Made by a program: the position numbers and the translations under genes. Of a stretch of 64,000 bases of DNA, positions 35,805-44,988 are shown piece by piece. Position 1 is the stretch's first letter; each line of letters starts with the position of its first letter. The notes beneath the pieces are model-generated. The model was not told the DNA's origin. It ran no database searches and saw only the letters and a program-made list of their open reading frames with translations. The stretch lies in contig JAUWAB010000012.1 in NCBI GenBank assembly GCA_030602265.1, positions 5,923-69,922 on the forward strand, read 5' to 3'. Source of the DNA: Prolixibacteraceae bacterium (GTDB lineage: Bacteria; Bacteroidota; Bacteroidia; Bacteroidales; Prolixibacteraceae).

Positions 35805-36584
35805 TCAGCTGTTCCCGTTATGATAACCCAATTCAAAATTAATACTGTGTGTGAACTTCTGGATAGTGGCTGCATGTTGCTCAATAATATTATCAGGCAA
35901 CCTGTCTTTGGGACCCGAAAGCCAGATGGCACCGCAGGGGGCATTGCTGTAATTGAAAATAGGAGCGCCTACACAAATTACCCCGTGTAATTCCTCCTCA
36001 CGGTCAACGGCATACCCAAGTTCGCGAACCTTTTCCAACTCTTTCAGGTAGGCTGCCTCATTCTGAATGGTATTGGCATTGTAAATTTGGTAATTCATTT
36101 TCTGAAGATAGGAATTGCGCAAAACCTCAGGCATAAATGCCATCAACGCCTTTCCGGGGGCCGAACAGTGCAAATCGAACAGCTTTCCTGGTGTGAGGAC
36201 GAAGCAGAAGGCATGGGTACCCAAAACCTGTTCAATGAAGATTCCTTTCTCCTCACCCATAACCCCTAAAAAGACCGATTCTTTTACCTCATCGCGTAAT
36301 TCACGCATCTTGGGCAGCACCACCTCGAGAAGGCTCTGCTCCTGAATGGCCTGAAAACCCAGGGAAAGCATCTTTCTGGAGAGCTTGTACTTTTTGGAAG
36401 CATCATTGTAAAGCAGGTACCCGTGCCTTACCAGGGTATGCAGAATTCGATAAACCGTTGTTTGTGAAACATTTACTTCGGCCTTGATATCGTTCAGCGT
36501 CATAGCCTTGTTGCTGTTCGCTAACAATTCCAGGATTAAAATGCCTTTCTCCAGGTTGGGAACCTTGTAATTTGATTCATTCAT
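35805..36584 (-). CDS. IclR-family transcriptional regulator.
   Basis: 259-aa ORF. The wHTH is LNDIKAEVNVSQTTVYRILHTLVRHGYL, followed by a C-terminal effector-binding domain of IclR size. Confidence 0.88.
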   Translation of the reverse strand: MNESNYKVPNLEKGILILELLANSNKAMTLNDIKAEVNVSQTTVYRILHTLVRHGYLLYNDASKKYKLSRKMLSLGFQAIQEQSLLEVVLPKMRELRDEVKESVFLGVMGEEKGIFIEQVLGTHAFCFVLTPGKLFDLHCSAPGKALMAFMPEVLRNSYLQKMNYQIYNANTIQNEAAYLKELEKVRELGYAVDREEELHGVICVGAPIFNYSNAPCGAIWLSGPKDRLPDNIIEQHAATIQKFTHSINFELGYHNGNS

Positions 36585-36630
36585 TTACCAGGATATTTTC
36601 CATATATGAAATATCTTTTCAAATATGAAC

Positions 36631-36638
36631 CAAATATA
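36631..36638 (-). promoter_or_regulatory. Candidate Bacteroidota -7 box (TAnnTTTG) for the IclR-headed operon.
   Basis: The minus strand reads TATATTTG, 47 nt upstream of the ATG at 36584. A direct repeat of ATATGAA lies at 36604-36610 and 36623-36629 between the box and the start. Confidence 0.35.
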
Positions 36639-36691
36639 GAAGATAATCCTAATAAACCAGGACTTCTGAAATGTTAATAAAGGTTAATATT

Positions 36692-38668
36692 TTATTTATA
36701 CCCGGCTTCGAAGACCAGTCCTTCCACTTCCCTGACGTTTCCGTTTTCCATCCTTACTGGAACAAACGTGAACATCCATTTCCAGGAGTTACGGAGGGCA
36801 GGAACCTTAAGCAACACCTGGTTCCAGCCTTTTCGGAGTTCAATCTTTGCCGGCTCCCTGAAAAAGTAGTTTTCGTCGGTAAAAGGGAACTCCTCGCTGT
36901 TGGCTTCAATGCCGGGATTATTCCATACCGGAGGTTCCACGACCGACTGGTTGACCCAGGCCACGGGACGGGTATGGTGCCATTCGCCCTGCTGCGGAAA
37001 CGGTCCGCCCCTCCGGCCGGCCGATCTGGACCAGTCGTGGAAGCCTATCCAGAAATCTATGGTCTGAGCACGGGGTGACCAGATGCGGGCTGCGGCATAC
37101 ACCGTTCCCTGCCGCTCCTCAAACCACGAAGGATATCCGAAGAAATGACGGATATGTACCGTTCCGCCATAATAAGGGCCACTCCAGGAATATTCCTTTC
37201 CATCCACCACATAGCTGTCCAAGAAAGCCTCTTCCACCGGGAAAACCCTGCCGGGGTCACCCTGATGGTCGAACGGCCCGATGATCTTCCAGGAAATCCC
37301 CGACTGTTTAACGTAAGGAAACGGCATACCCCGGAAATAGAGATCGCGGTGCCGGACCAGACGCTCCTCGAACTCAGCGAACTCGTCGTACAACGGATCA
37401 CCGGTCGAAGGCATCTTCGCCAGGTATTCCTCCCCGAAATCAACCGGCTGGCCTTTCCAGGAAGTTTCGCTGTAAGTGAGGATACCCGGGTAAACCGGGT
37501 TCTGAATCAATATGTCGCGCTCGTCGTTTACATTATTATCATTCCAGCAGCAAAGAATACCGCCCATCCTGAGGGAATCGCCCATGGCCGCCCCGTTGAT
37601 CCGCTCGAACCAGAGCTGGCCAATACCCGCAAAAGGATCGAGGTGGTTGAGGTAGTTAAGCCGTGAGTCGAGATAGCGGTGACCTGGCTTCGGATGGCCA
37701 TTGGAGGACCACAACTGCTTGATCGAAGTACTGTCGTTTTCGATGTACTGACCTGGCCGCCAGACAATCAGTTCCCTTTTGTTTGCACGGACCGTCTCTG
37801 CCAGGGCAGAAAGGAGATCCGGCGCAGGGCGTTCAAAATCATGCCATACCTCATCGGTACCCAGATGGATATACGGCATCTTTTCGGGCGGGGCCAGGCT
37901 GCACAGCTCATCGATAAGCGCCACCAGAATATCCTTTACCCGTGGATCGCTCATGGTCTCAATACCCAAAGCCTTCCTGAAGGCCGCACTGTGCCCGGGG
38001 ATATCCAACTCCGGAATGAGCATGATGTGCCTTTCATGACAATAATCCACGAGCTCTTTAAACTCATCCTGCGAATAATATTTGCCGGGCCACCTGCTCA
38101 TGGAAGCAGGGTCCTTGAGTTCGGGATAGAGTTTGCTCTCCAGCCTCCACCCCGGATTATCGGTCACATGAAAATGGAATACATTGAACTTGTAGGCCGC
38201 TAACACATCGATCTGCTCTTTCAGCAGCGGCAGCGACATATAATTACGGCCCACATCCTGCATAAACCCACGGATCCTAAACGCCGGGAAGTCGGTAATG
38301 GTGCAGCAGGCAACCACTTCACGCCCCTTGTGGAGATAAGTCAGCTGGCGCAGGGTTTGTTCTCCCCGGAACAGTCCGGTGGGTGTCATGGCCTGCAGGA
38401 CGACTGAATCAGGGCTTACCATCAGGGAATACGCTTCATCTGCATGAATCGCCACACCCGGAAGGCTGTCAACCATCCTTTTAACCACTTTGTGTTCATT
38501 CCCTGACATCCTGAATATACCCTCCGACCAGGAAATCTCCTGTGGCATGGGAATTAATGCCGGACGGACAGCCTCCGGAGTTCCGCAACCGACAAACTGT
38601 ATTGAAATATTGATTAACAGCACAATAAACCAAAGGCTTGATGTCTGTCTAAAGAAAAAACGACCCAT
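36692..38668 (-). CDS. GH20 beta-N-acetylhexosaminidase.
   Basis: 658-aa ORF with a signal peptide. The motifs FRIRGFMQDVGRN, FNVFHFHVTDNPGWR, LIPELDIPGH and YIHLGTDEVW (catalytic D-E) support the call. Confidence 0.9.
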   Translation of the reverse strand: MGRFFFRQTSSLWFIVLLINISIQFVGCGTPEAVRPALIPMPQEISWSEGIFRMSGNEHKVVKRMVDSLPGVAIHADEAYSLMVSPDSVVLQAMTPTGLFRGEQTLRQLTYLHKGREVVACCTITDFPAFRIRGFMQDVGRNYMSLPLLKEQIDVLAAYKFNVFHFHVTDNPGWRLESKLYPELKDPASMSRWPGKYYSQDEFKELVDYCHERHIMLIPELDIPGHSAAFRKALGIETMSDPRVKDILVALIDELCSLAPPEKMPYIHLGTDEVWHDFERPAPDLLSALAETVRANKRELIVWRPGQYIENDSTSIKQLWSSNGHPKPGHRYLDSRLNYLNHLDPFAGIGQLWFERINGAAMGDSLRMGGILCCWNDNNVNDERDILIQNPVYPGILTYSETSWKGQPVDFGEEYLAKMPSTGDPLYDEFAEFEERLVRHRDLYFRGMPFPYVKQSGISWKIIGPFDHQGDPGRVFPVEEAFLDSYVVDGKEYSWSGPYYGGTVHIRHFFGYPSWFEERQGTVYAAARIWSPRAQTIDFWIGFHDWSRSAGRRGGPFPQQGEWHHTRPVAWVNQSVVEPPVWNNPGIEANSEEFPFTDENYFFREPAKIELRKGWNQVLLKVPALRNSWKWMFTFVPVRMENGNVREVEGLVFEAGYK

Positions 38669-38996
38669 ATCAATGTATTATGTATTACATATACAAAAAT
38701 AATTATTCCAATGAAAAAACGAGCATCGTAAGGTACAATTCTTCATCATCTGCCAGCAATTTCTTTCGAACTTACTCAAAAATATGATCGGATTTCCGGT
38801 CGGCACCACAGAAATACAGGCTCAAATATGCCATCTTATAAAATTCAGATATTATTATCTTATTTTCTAACTAAAAATAGCGATGGTTTAATTTTATTTT
38901 CATATATTGAACCCACAAATCCTGTCAGATTGCAACTTATAAGACCTGCCATCTGACATATTAACATTTACTGTTTAATTACCAAATTTTTTTAGG

Positions 38997-40766
38997 ATGA
39001 AGATAAACAACAAATTTTTAGGATTGGCATTGGCTGCATTGATGGTGGTAAGTTCGTGCCAGAAGACCCCTGACCTGGATCCGGAAGCGCTGAGTCCGGA
39101 ACTGAAAAGTGCACAGGTAGAACAGGAAGGTTCCAGAATAATACCAGGACAGTACATAGTGGTACTGAACGAATTTCCTGCACAGCCGCAGGGAAGGGCA
39201 GTCGGATACGAGCAAGGGATCGCCCGTGCCCGGCAAGTCGCCGAGGGACTGATGAACGAAAACAGAATCCCTGCCGATAGGGTAAAGCATGTTTATGCCT
39301 TTGCATTAGATGGTTTTTCGGCAACCCTGACCGAAGAGCAAATGATCAGGCTGGCCCGGGACAAGCGGGTTAAATATCTGGAACCCGATCAGGTAGTAAC
39401 CATTTCGGGCACACAAACCAATGCCACCTGGGGAATAGACCGGATTGACCAGAGAGATTTACCTCTTGACAAGTCCTACACCTGGACAACCACTGGCAAT
39501 GGTGTAACCGCCTATATTATTGACACGGGCATCCGTTATGACCATGTTGAATTCGAAGGCCGCGCTTCATTTGGGTTTGATGCATTCGGAGGCAATGGCT
39601 CAGACGGTAACGGTCATGGAACACACGTAGCCGGTACAGTGGGCGGAAAGACGTATGGTGTGGCTAAACAGGTCAATCTGGTTGCCATCAGGGTATTAGA
39701 CGACGGAGGATCCGGCTCTTTTACTGGCGTTATTGCAGGCATGGACTGGGTTGCAGCCAATGCAGTGAAACCAGCTGTAGCCAATATGTCACTGGGAGGA
39801 GGCGCCAGTACTGCGGTTGATAATGCAGTAGCCAACCTGTTCAATAATGGCATATCCGTTATTGTCGCTGCCGGTAACAATAACCGAACCGCTTGCAGCT
39901 TCTCACCAGCCCGTGCACCAAGGGCCTATACAGTTGGTGCCACAACCAGTACAGATGCGAAAGCTTCTTACTCGAACCATGGTGATTGCGTAAAAATATT
40001 TGCCCCCGGATCAAGCATTACATCTGCCGTTCATACCAGCAGCACCGCCCTTGGCGTCTATTCAGGTACCAGCATGGCCAGTCCGCATGTAGCCGGGGCT
40101 GCCGCACTCTTCCTGGAAACCAATCGTAGTGCAACTCCGCAGCAGGTATATGATGCCCTAAGCGCCAACAGCACAAAGAATAAAGTATCCAGCTCCAGGA
40201 CCACCAATAATCACCTGTTGTACACACTGGGCTCCGGCGTTACGCCTCCGCCTGCCAATCAGTCACCAACAGCCAGCTTCACCATTACCCAAAATGACCT
40301 GACCGTCAATGTAAACGGCTCTGGTTCCAGCGACACTGACGGCAATATCGTCAGTTATGCCTGGAATTTCGGCGATGGCAGTTCTGCCACAGGTGCTACA
40401 GCTTCACGCACCTATGCTGCTGCAGGCACCTATACGGTTACCCTTACGGTTACCGATAACGGCGGCGCCACTGCAAGCACTTCCCAGAATGTAACGGTCA
40501 CGGCCCCGGCTCCCCCTCCGGGAGGTGACATCCTCCTGTCGGTATCAGCCTATAAGGTTCAGGGAAGGAAAATGGCCGATCTGACCTGGAGCGGTGCTAC
40601 AACTGCAAATGTAGACATCTTCAGGGACGGGGCAAAAGTCGCCACAGTAGCCAACAACGGAAATTGGACCCATACCACCAACGAACGGGGCGGCGGCTCC
40701 CATACCTACCAGGTTAAGGAAAATGGCGGAAGCAAAGTTTCAAACAGCGTTACCGTCACCTATTGA
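38997..40766 (+). CDS. S8 (proteinase K/subtilisin-like) serine protease lipoprotein with I9 propeptide, PKD domain and a C-terminal beta domain.
   Basis: The lipobox is VVSSC. The catalytic triad sits in AYIIDTGI, GHGTHVAGT and GTSMASPHVAG. The PKD repeat is VSYAWNFGDGSSATGATASRTYAAAGTYTVTLTVTDNGG. Confidence 0.95.
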   Translation: MKINNKFLGLALAALMVVSSCQKTPDLDPEALSPELKSAQVEQEGSRIIPGQYIVVLNEFPAQPQGRAVGYEQGIARARQVAEGLMNENRIPADRVKHVYAFALDGFSATLTEEQMIRLARDKRVKYLEPDQVVTISGTQTNATWGIDRIDQRDLPLDKSYTWTTTGNGVTAYIIDTGIRYDHVEFEGRASFGFDAFGGNGSDGNGHGTHVAGTVGGKTYGVAKQVNLVAIRVLDDGGSGSFTGVIAGMDWVAANAVKPAVANMSLGGGASTAVDNAVANLFNNGISVIVAAGNNNRTACSFSPARAPRAYTVGATTSTDAKASYSNHGDCVKIFAPGSSITSAVHTSSTALGVYSGTSMASPHVAGAAALFLETNRSATPQQVYDALSANSTKNKVSSSRTTNNHLLYTLGSGVTPPPANQSPTASFTITQNDLTVNVNGSGSSDTDGNIVSYAWNFGDGSSATGATASRTYAAAGTYTVTLTVTDNGGATASTSQNVTVTAPAPPPGGDILLSVSAYKVQGRKMADLTWSGATTANVDIFRDGAKVATVANNGNWTHTTNERGGGSHTYQVKENGGSKVSNSVTVTY

Positions 40767-40815
40767 TGATCATCTGAAAAATATCCGGGAAGATAATTTC
40801 TTCACTTAAAATCTT

Positions 40816-40855
40816 CCGGCCCGCATACCGATTCAATTCTCGGTTTGCGGGCCGG
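40816..40855. terminator. Long hairpin between convergent genes (probable bidirectional terminator).
   Basis: The sequence is CCGGCCCGCA-t-ACCGA-ttcaattc-TCGGT-t-TGCGGGCCGG. It lies between the stop at 40766 (+) and the stop at 40876 (-). Confidence 0.6.
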
Positions 40856-40875
40856 TTACTTAACCTAAAAGCCTG

Positions 40876-41709
40876 TCAATCCTTCATATACCGGTAATGA
40901 ACATCCGAAAAGATCCGGTGCCCGATGGATTCTGAATGACAGGAATTGCAGCTCATCTTTACGGAGGTGTTCTTCACCCTGCCAACATCCCCATGGCAGG
41001 CAATACAGGAATTTACCTCCTCATTGGCGTGTCCATGGGTCATATAGGCATGCATCGCCAGATTATTCAAAGCTAATGTAACCTGCCTGGCGACATCACT
41101 GGTAATCCTGCGGCATCTCTCCTTTCTCTCATCGCTGTTCACCGCAAATCCGGTTGCCTTGCACCAGTTGGTGTTGGAGGCATGACAAAGGACCGAATTG
41201 GATATACTTACAGGTATGGAGGCTTCATACACAGGTTTTTCAGGAATAAAAACCGGCATGGCCTCCTTTTCATACCACTGGAAAAGATCGGTAATCATCA
41301 CGTCCTGAATCCCCTTGTCGGGGATTAACAATCCGATGAGGGCAGCAGCTCCGTTGAGGGTCCCGCAAACCGAACCGTATCCGCCAACGCCGCCATGACC
41401 ATACTTAAACATATGGCAGGGAAAAGATGAATAGGGTTCGCCATACTTTTCGGCAAGCTGCGAAATCACACTGGTGACGGTAGCATACATACAGCTTCCG
41501 TCCTTATAATGTCCATATGCCAGTTGTGCGGTGACATCCGGGTCCAGGTAATCATATTTCCATTCTCCCTCCTCCATGGCATATTCAAGTTTCCGGGGTT
41601 CAGCCTTAACGCTGTTTTCCGTCCTGAAGATTACCGGCAGCGAAAGTAATCCGGCCCCGCCGGCCGTGAGCGCACCTGCTCCCAGTTTTAAAGCTTTGCG
41701 TCTGTCCAT
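40876..41709 (-). CDS. Tat-exported C_GCAxxG_C_C-family protein with two C-terminal CxxCH haem motifs.
   Basis: The twin-arginine signal is MDRRKALKLGAGAL. The family-like core is GSVCGTLNGAAALIG. The C-terminus is NSCIACHGDVGRVKNTSVKMSCNSCHSE. Confidence 0.7.
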   Translation of the reverse strand: MDRRKALKLGAGALTAGGAGLLSLPVIFRTENSVKAEPRKLEYAMEEGEWKYDYLDPDVTAQLAYGHYKDGSCMYATVTSVISQLAEKYGEPYSSFPCHMFKYGHGGVGGYGSVCGTLNGAAALIGLLIPDKGIQDVMITDLFQWYEKEAMPVFIPEKPVYEASIPVSISNSVLCHASNTNWCKATGFAVNSDERKERCRRITSDVARQVTLALNNLAMHAYMTHGHANEEVNSCIACHGDVGRVKNTSVKMSCNSCHSESIGHRIFSDVHYRYMKD

Positions 41710-41911
41710 ATCAAATATCTATCTGTTAAAACCTTATTTCGGAAATTCACGAAACAAAACTAAATAATTTAAGCAACAAGCAATGGAGAATTCACTTCAT
41801 GAGCTCAAGCCTGATCCCGAAAAATGAGGACCTGGCCACGATGAACAATGCCCTGAGTAAATAAGTCGCAGCAAAATTTCCTTTTTTAAAACCCTTTTTT
41901 ATCGATTTCCC

Positions 41912-42757
41912 GTGTACCTTTGGGGTATGGGAACCAAGCATATCGAAATAAAAAACAAGTTAGACAAAGGGCTGTCCCTGAAGGTTTCACGGTTTAAGGA
42001 AGTGATCAAAAAAACCAGTCCGCACAAGCACGACGAGTACTTTGAGCTGATTTTCCTGGCGGAAGGTGAAGGCTTTCACACCATCGAAACAGAGCAATAC
42101 CAGGTGTCGGCCCCCGATTTTTATTTCCTGAAACCCGGGCAGCTCCACTTCTGGCAGTTTACCTCCATTCCCAGGGGGTTTGTGATCATTTTCCGGGAGG
42201 ATGAATTCAACAACCTCAGGGAGATCAGCCTGATTGAAATGGTCAAAAAGCTTTCGGAAACCACCAGGATCAAGCTTCAGGACAATCAGTACCCCCAGCA
42301 CCTTCTTGAGGAAATCTTCCATGAATTCCGGCACCCTTCGGAATATTCATCTGAAATTATTCATGGACTGCTCAAGGCGCTCACCGGCAGGCTTTTACAA
42401 CTCAAGGGAATCGACACCGGAATATCGTCACAGTCACCGGCGGTATATGAACGTTTCAGCAGTTTACTGATGAAGGAGATCCCGAAATTGCGCAAGGTAC
42501 ACGAGTATGCTCAATTGCTGCACGTTACCCCTCAGAACCTGAACGCCATCTGCAAAAAACAATCAGGAAAAACAGCGGGACAGCTGATCAACAGCCAGCT
42601 GCTCCTGGAGGCCAAACGCTATATCCTGCATACCAGCCACACCATCAACGAAATTGCAGATATTCTCGAATTCGCAGATGCTTCCCATTTGGTGAAGTTC
42701 TTCAGGAGAAATGAAGGCATCACCCCGTCACAGTTCAGGGAACAACATTTTCAATAA
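41912..42757 (+). CDS. AraC-family transcriptional regulator (cupin-type sensor plus HTH).
   Basis: The C-terminal AraC HTH is HTINEIADILEFADASHLVKFFRRNEGITPSQFR. The start is ambiguous between the GTG at 41912 and the ATG at 41927. Confidence 0.88.
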   Translation: MYLWGMGTKHIEIKNKLDKGLSLKVSRFKEVIKKTSPHKHDEYFELIFLAEGEGFHTIETEQYQVSAPDFYFLKPGQLHFWQFTSIPRGFVIIFREDEFNNLREISLIEMVKKLSETTRIKLQDNQYPQHLLEEIFHEFRHPSEYSSEIIHGLLKALTGRLLQLKGIDTGISSQSPAVYERFSSLLMKEIPKLRKVHEYAQLLHVTPQNLNAICKKQSGKTAGQLINSQLLLEAKRYILHTSHTINEIADILEFADASHLVKFFRRNEGITPSQFREQHFQ

Positions 42758-42805
42758 TACCAGATAAATACGGTTTTGTACCATGAAAATTCAGGTTTTG
42801 CAGGC

Positions 42806-42813
42806 TATTTTTG
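42806..42813 (+). promoter_or_regulatory. Candidate -7 box TATTTTTG.
   Basis: It matches TAnnTTTG and lies 23 nt upstream of the ATG at 42836. Confidence 0.35.
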
Positions 42814-42835
42814 CATTATAATTATTTAGACCATC

Positions 42836-43609
42836 ATGGAAATCATTCTGATATCATTAGCTGCCTTTTTCACGGCCATACTGACCTTCTTCTCGGGCTT
42901 CGGACTGGGGACCATCCTGACACCGGTATTTGCCATTTTCTTTCCCATCGACATTGCCATCGCGCTCACCGGGGTAGTCCATTTTTCCAACAACCTCTTT
43001 AAAATGGCGCTGGTTGGAAAAAACACCGATAAAACCGTGCTGAAACGGTTTGGCATTCCGGCGATCATTGCGGCCTTTGCAGGTGCCTGGTTGCTGATGC
43101 GCATCACCGCACTGCCATCGCTTTTCGAATATTCCCTGTGGGGTAAAACGTTTGAAATCACCCCCGTAAAACTGATTATCTCACTGATCCTGATTGTATT
43201 TTCGTTTTTTGAGATATTACCGTCTGTGCAAAAATGGCAGTTTGGCAAGGACAAGCTGATCCTGGGAGGTATCCTGAGCGGATTCTTCGGTGGCTTGTCG
43301 GGGATCCAGGGAGCGCTGCGCAGTGCCTTCCTGATCAGAAGCGGACTAAGCAAAGAAGCCTATATCGCCACCGGGGTGGTGATCGCCAGTCTGGTCGACT
43401 TTACCCGCCTTTCGGTATATGCCTCAAGATTTGCCGCTGCCCGCTTGCACGAGAATGTGGTGCTGCTGCTGGCCGCTACCCTGGCCGCTATTGCCGGTGC
43501 GCTGATCGGGAAAAAACTGCTCAAAAAGGTCACCCTCCGAAGCCTTCAGTTATTGGTGGCGGTCATGCTGATCTTTATTTCCCTGGCATTAGGGCTCGGA
43601 TTGATTTAA
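42836..43609 (+). CDS. TauE/SafE-family anion (sulfite-type) exporter membrane protein.
   Basis: 257-aa ORF with about 8 helices. Gly-rich motifs (FSGFGLGTILTP, GGILSGFFGGLSGIQGALRSAFL) repeat in both halves, as in TauE/SafE. Confidence 0.8.
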   Translation: MEIILISLAAFFTAILTFFSGFGLGTILTPVFAIFFPIDIAIALTGVVHFSNNLFKMALVGKNTDKTVLKRFGIPAIIAAFAGAWLLMRITALPSLFEYSLWGKTFEITPVKLIISLILIVFSFFEILPSVQKWQFGKDKLILGGILSGFFGGLSGIQGALRSAFLIRSGLSKEAYIATGVVIASLVDFTRLSVYASRFAAARLHENVVLLLAATLAAIAGALIGKKLLKKVTLRSLQLLVAVMLIFISLALGLGLI

Positions 43610-43690
43610 TTCCAGTGGAAAACTGGGAAAATGAAGACCCGTCATCCTAATATTTGGAATGCTTGTCACCTTAAATTCAGGATGATCCCC

Positions 43691-44113
43691 TTATTGCACC
43701 CTGGTGTATACGGCCCAGGCATTATAGAACCTGAGGGCTGAAATCATCAGCGGAACGCCCATTCCGATATAGAAGGTGTACAAAAGGTCTTTGTTCACCA
43801 TATCAAGATTACGCAAAACAATGCCAAGGGTGATCATTCCGGCCATCATCAGGTATCCGCGGGCGTCAAAGAACGACAGGAAAAAGGGATGGTCGGTTTC
43901 CAGATTCCGGATGCGGGCAATGTGTTTCGAGGATATTCTCGTAAAAAGTATTCTGTAAAAAATCACACCAAACAGAATGGCAACCATTAATCTGGCCGAT
44001 TGGCAGTCTGAATGCAGATAAACCCAGTTGTATCCCCTGATGATGAGTATTCCACTGGCTAATGTCCAGACAAATGCCGCAACAAGCAACAAACTCCGCT
44101 TTGAGATATTCAT
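43691..44113 (-). CDS. Hypothetical 4-TM membrane protein.
   Basis: 140-aa hydrophobic ORF with an ATG start. I recognise no family. Confidence 0.5.
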   Translation of the reverse strand: MNISKRSLLLVAAFVWTLASGILIIRGYNWVYLHSDCQSARLMVAILFGVIFYRILFTRISSKHIARIRNLETDHPFFLSFFDARGYLMMAGMITLGIVLRNLDMVNKDLLYTFYIGMGVPLMISALRFYNAWAVYTRVQ

Positions 44114-44188
44114 CCTGTCCTCCGATTTCCCTTTTCAAAAATTTTGTACATGCCTCGTCCGTTTTCCTTCTGCCCAACCGGCAAACTG

Positions 44189-44680
44189 TCAGATATGGTT
44201 CATTACCGCTGAAATCAGGATGATGACAAAGGCCAGGGTGACAGAGAACATACCTGCAAGCTGCTGTGCTTTTTTCATTCTTTCCAGTTCTGGAGACGGG
44301 CCTTTTGAAGCAATTTTTTGAAACCTGGGCATAATGATTTCGAAACTGACAATAGCCATCAAGGCCAGTACTGCAACAAGCACATGCTTGACGAACATAG
44401 CAATCTGCCAGTCGTTACTGAAATTGATGATGCTGACATAATAGGGGCTCACAATCTTGAGCGGTATCCCTGTAATGAACAGAATGGCGAGCGATACATA
44501 AACCACGATCCGTGCCTTCTGCATGAAAAGCCTCATAAATGGCGCAGCTGTTGCAGGAACCAGCGTTTTCTGCACGGTACCCCTTAGTATGGCCACATTG
44601 ACAAAGAGCGTTCCGAACCACGTAATTGTAGCCAATAAGTGCAAGAGGTCCAAGAATGATTTTACATAAATATTATCCAT
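44189..44680 (-). CDS. Hypothetical 4-TM membrane protein (CopD/DUF2214-like by appearance).
   Basis: 163-aa ORF. The N-terminal LLHLLATITWFGTLF helix resembles CopD-type proteins. The assignment is weak. Confidence 0.5.
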   Translation of the reverse strand: MDNIYVKSFLDLLHLLATITWFGTLFVNVAILRGTVQKTLVPATAAPFMRLFMQKARIVVYVSLAILFITGIPLKIVSPYYVSIINFSNDWQIAMFVKHVLVAVLALMAIVSFEIIMPRFQKIASKGPSPELERMKKAQQLAGMFSVTLAFVIILISAVMNHI

Positions 44681-44988
44681 AATCGCCTGATGATAATGTC
44701 CATAAAATTATAAGATGCAAAAATGACATTTAAATTTGAATTTCCGTCTTTTTACCCATCCCTTCCTTCTTCAATTCGATTTTTTATGACAATATCATGC
44801 CAGGGAAATCACTTTTCTCAGTGGAGAGGTACCCTTCAGGTAGAACACGACGACATAAAACCCATTGCACAAGGAGGGTCCAGAAAGAAAATCAGCCTGA
44901 TTAAAATTATTAAAACCCAGGCAAATTTCAAATAAAAAGAAGACATACAAGAGCGTAACCTTATTTTAACAAGCACGTTATATTCTCT

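Noticed and set aside
41915-41922. TACCTTTG match to the TAnnTTTG -7 box upstream of the AraC gene.
   Set aside because: It sits only 5 nt before the ATG at 41927 and inside the GTG-initiated frame. Transcription from it would start at or after that ATG. I cannot decide between a leaderless mRNA and coincidence, so I do not report it as a feature.
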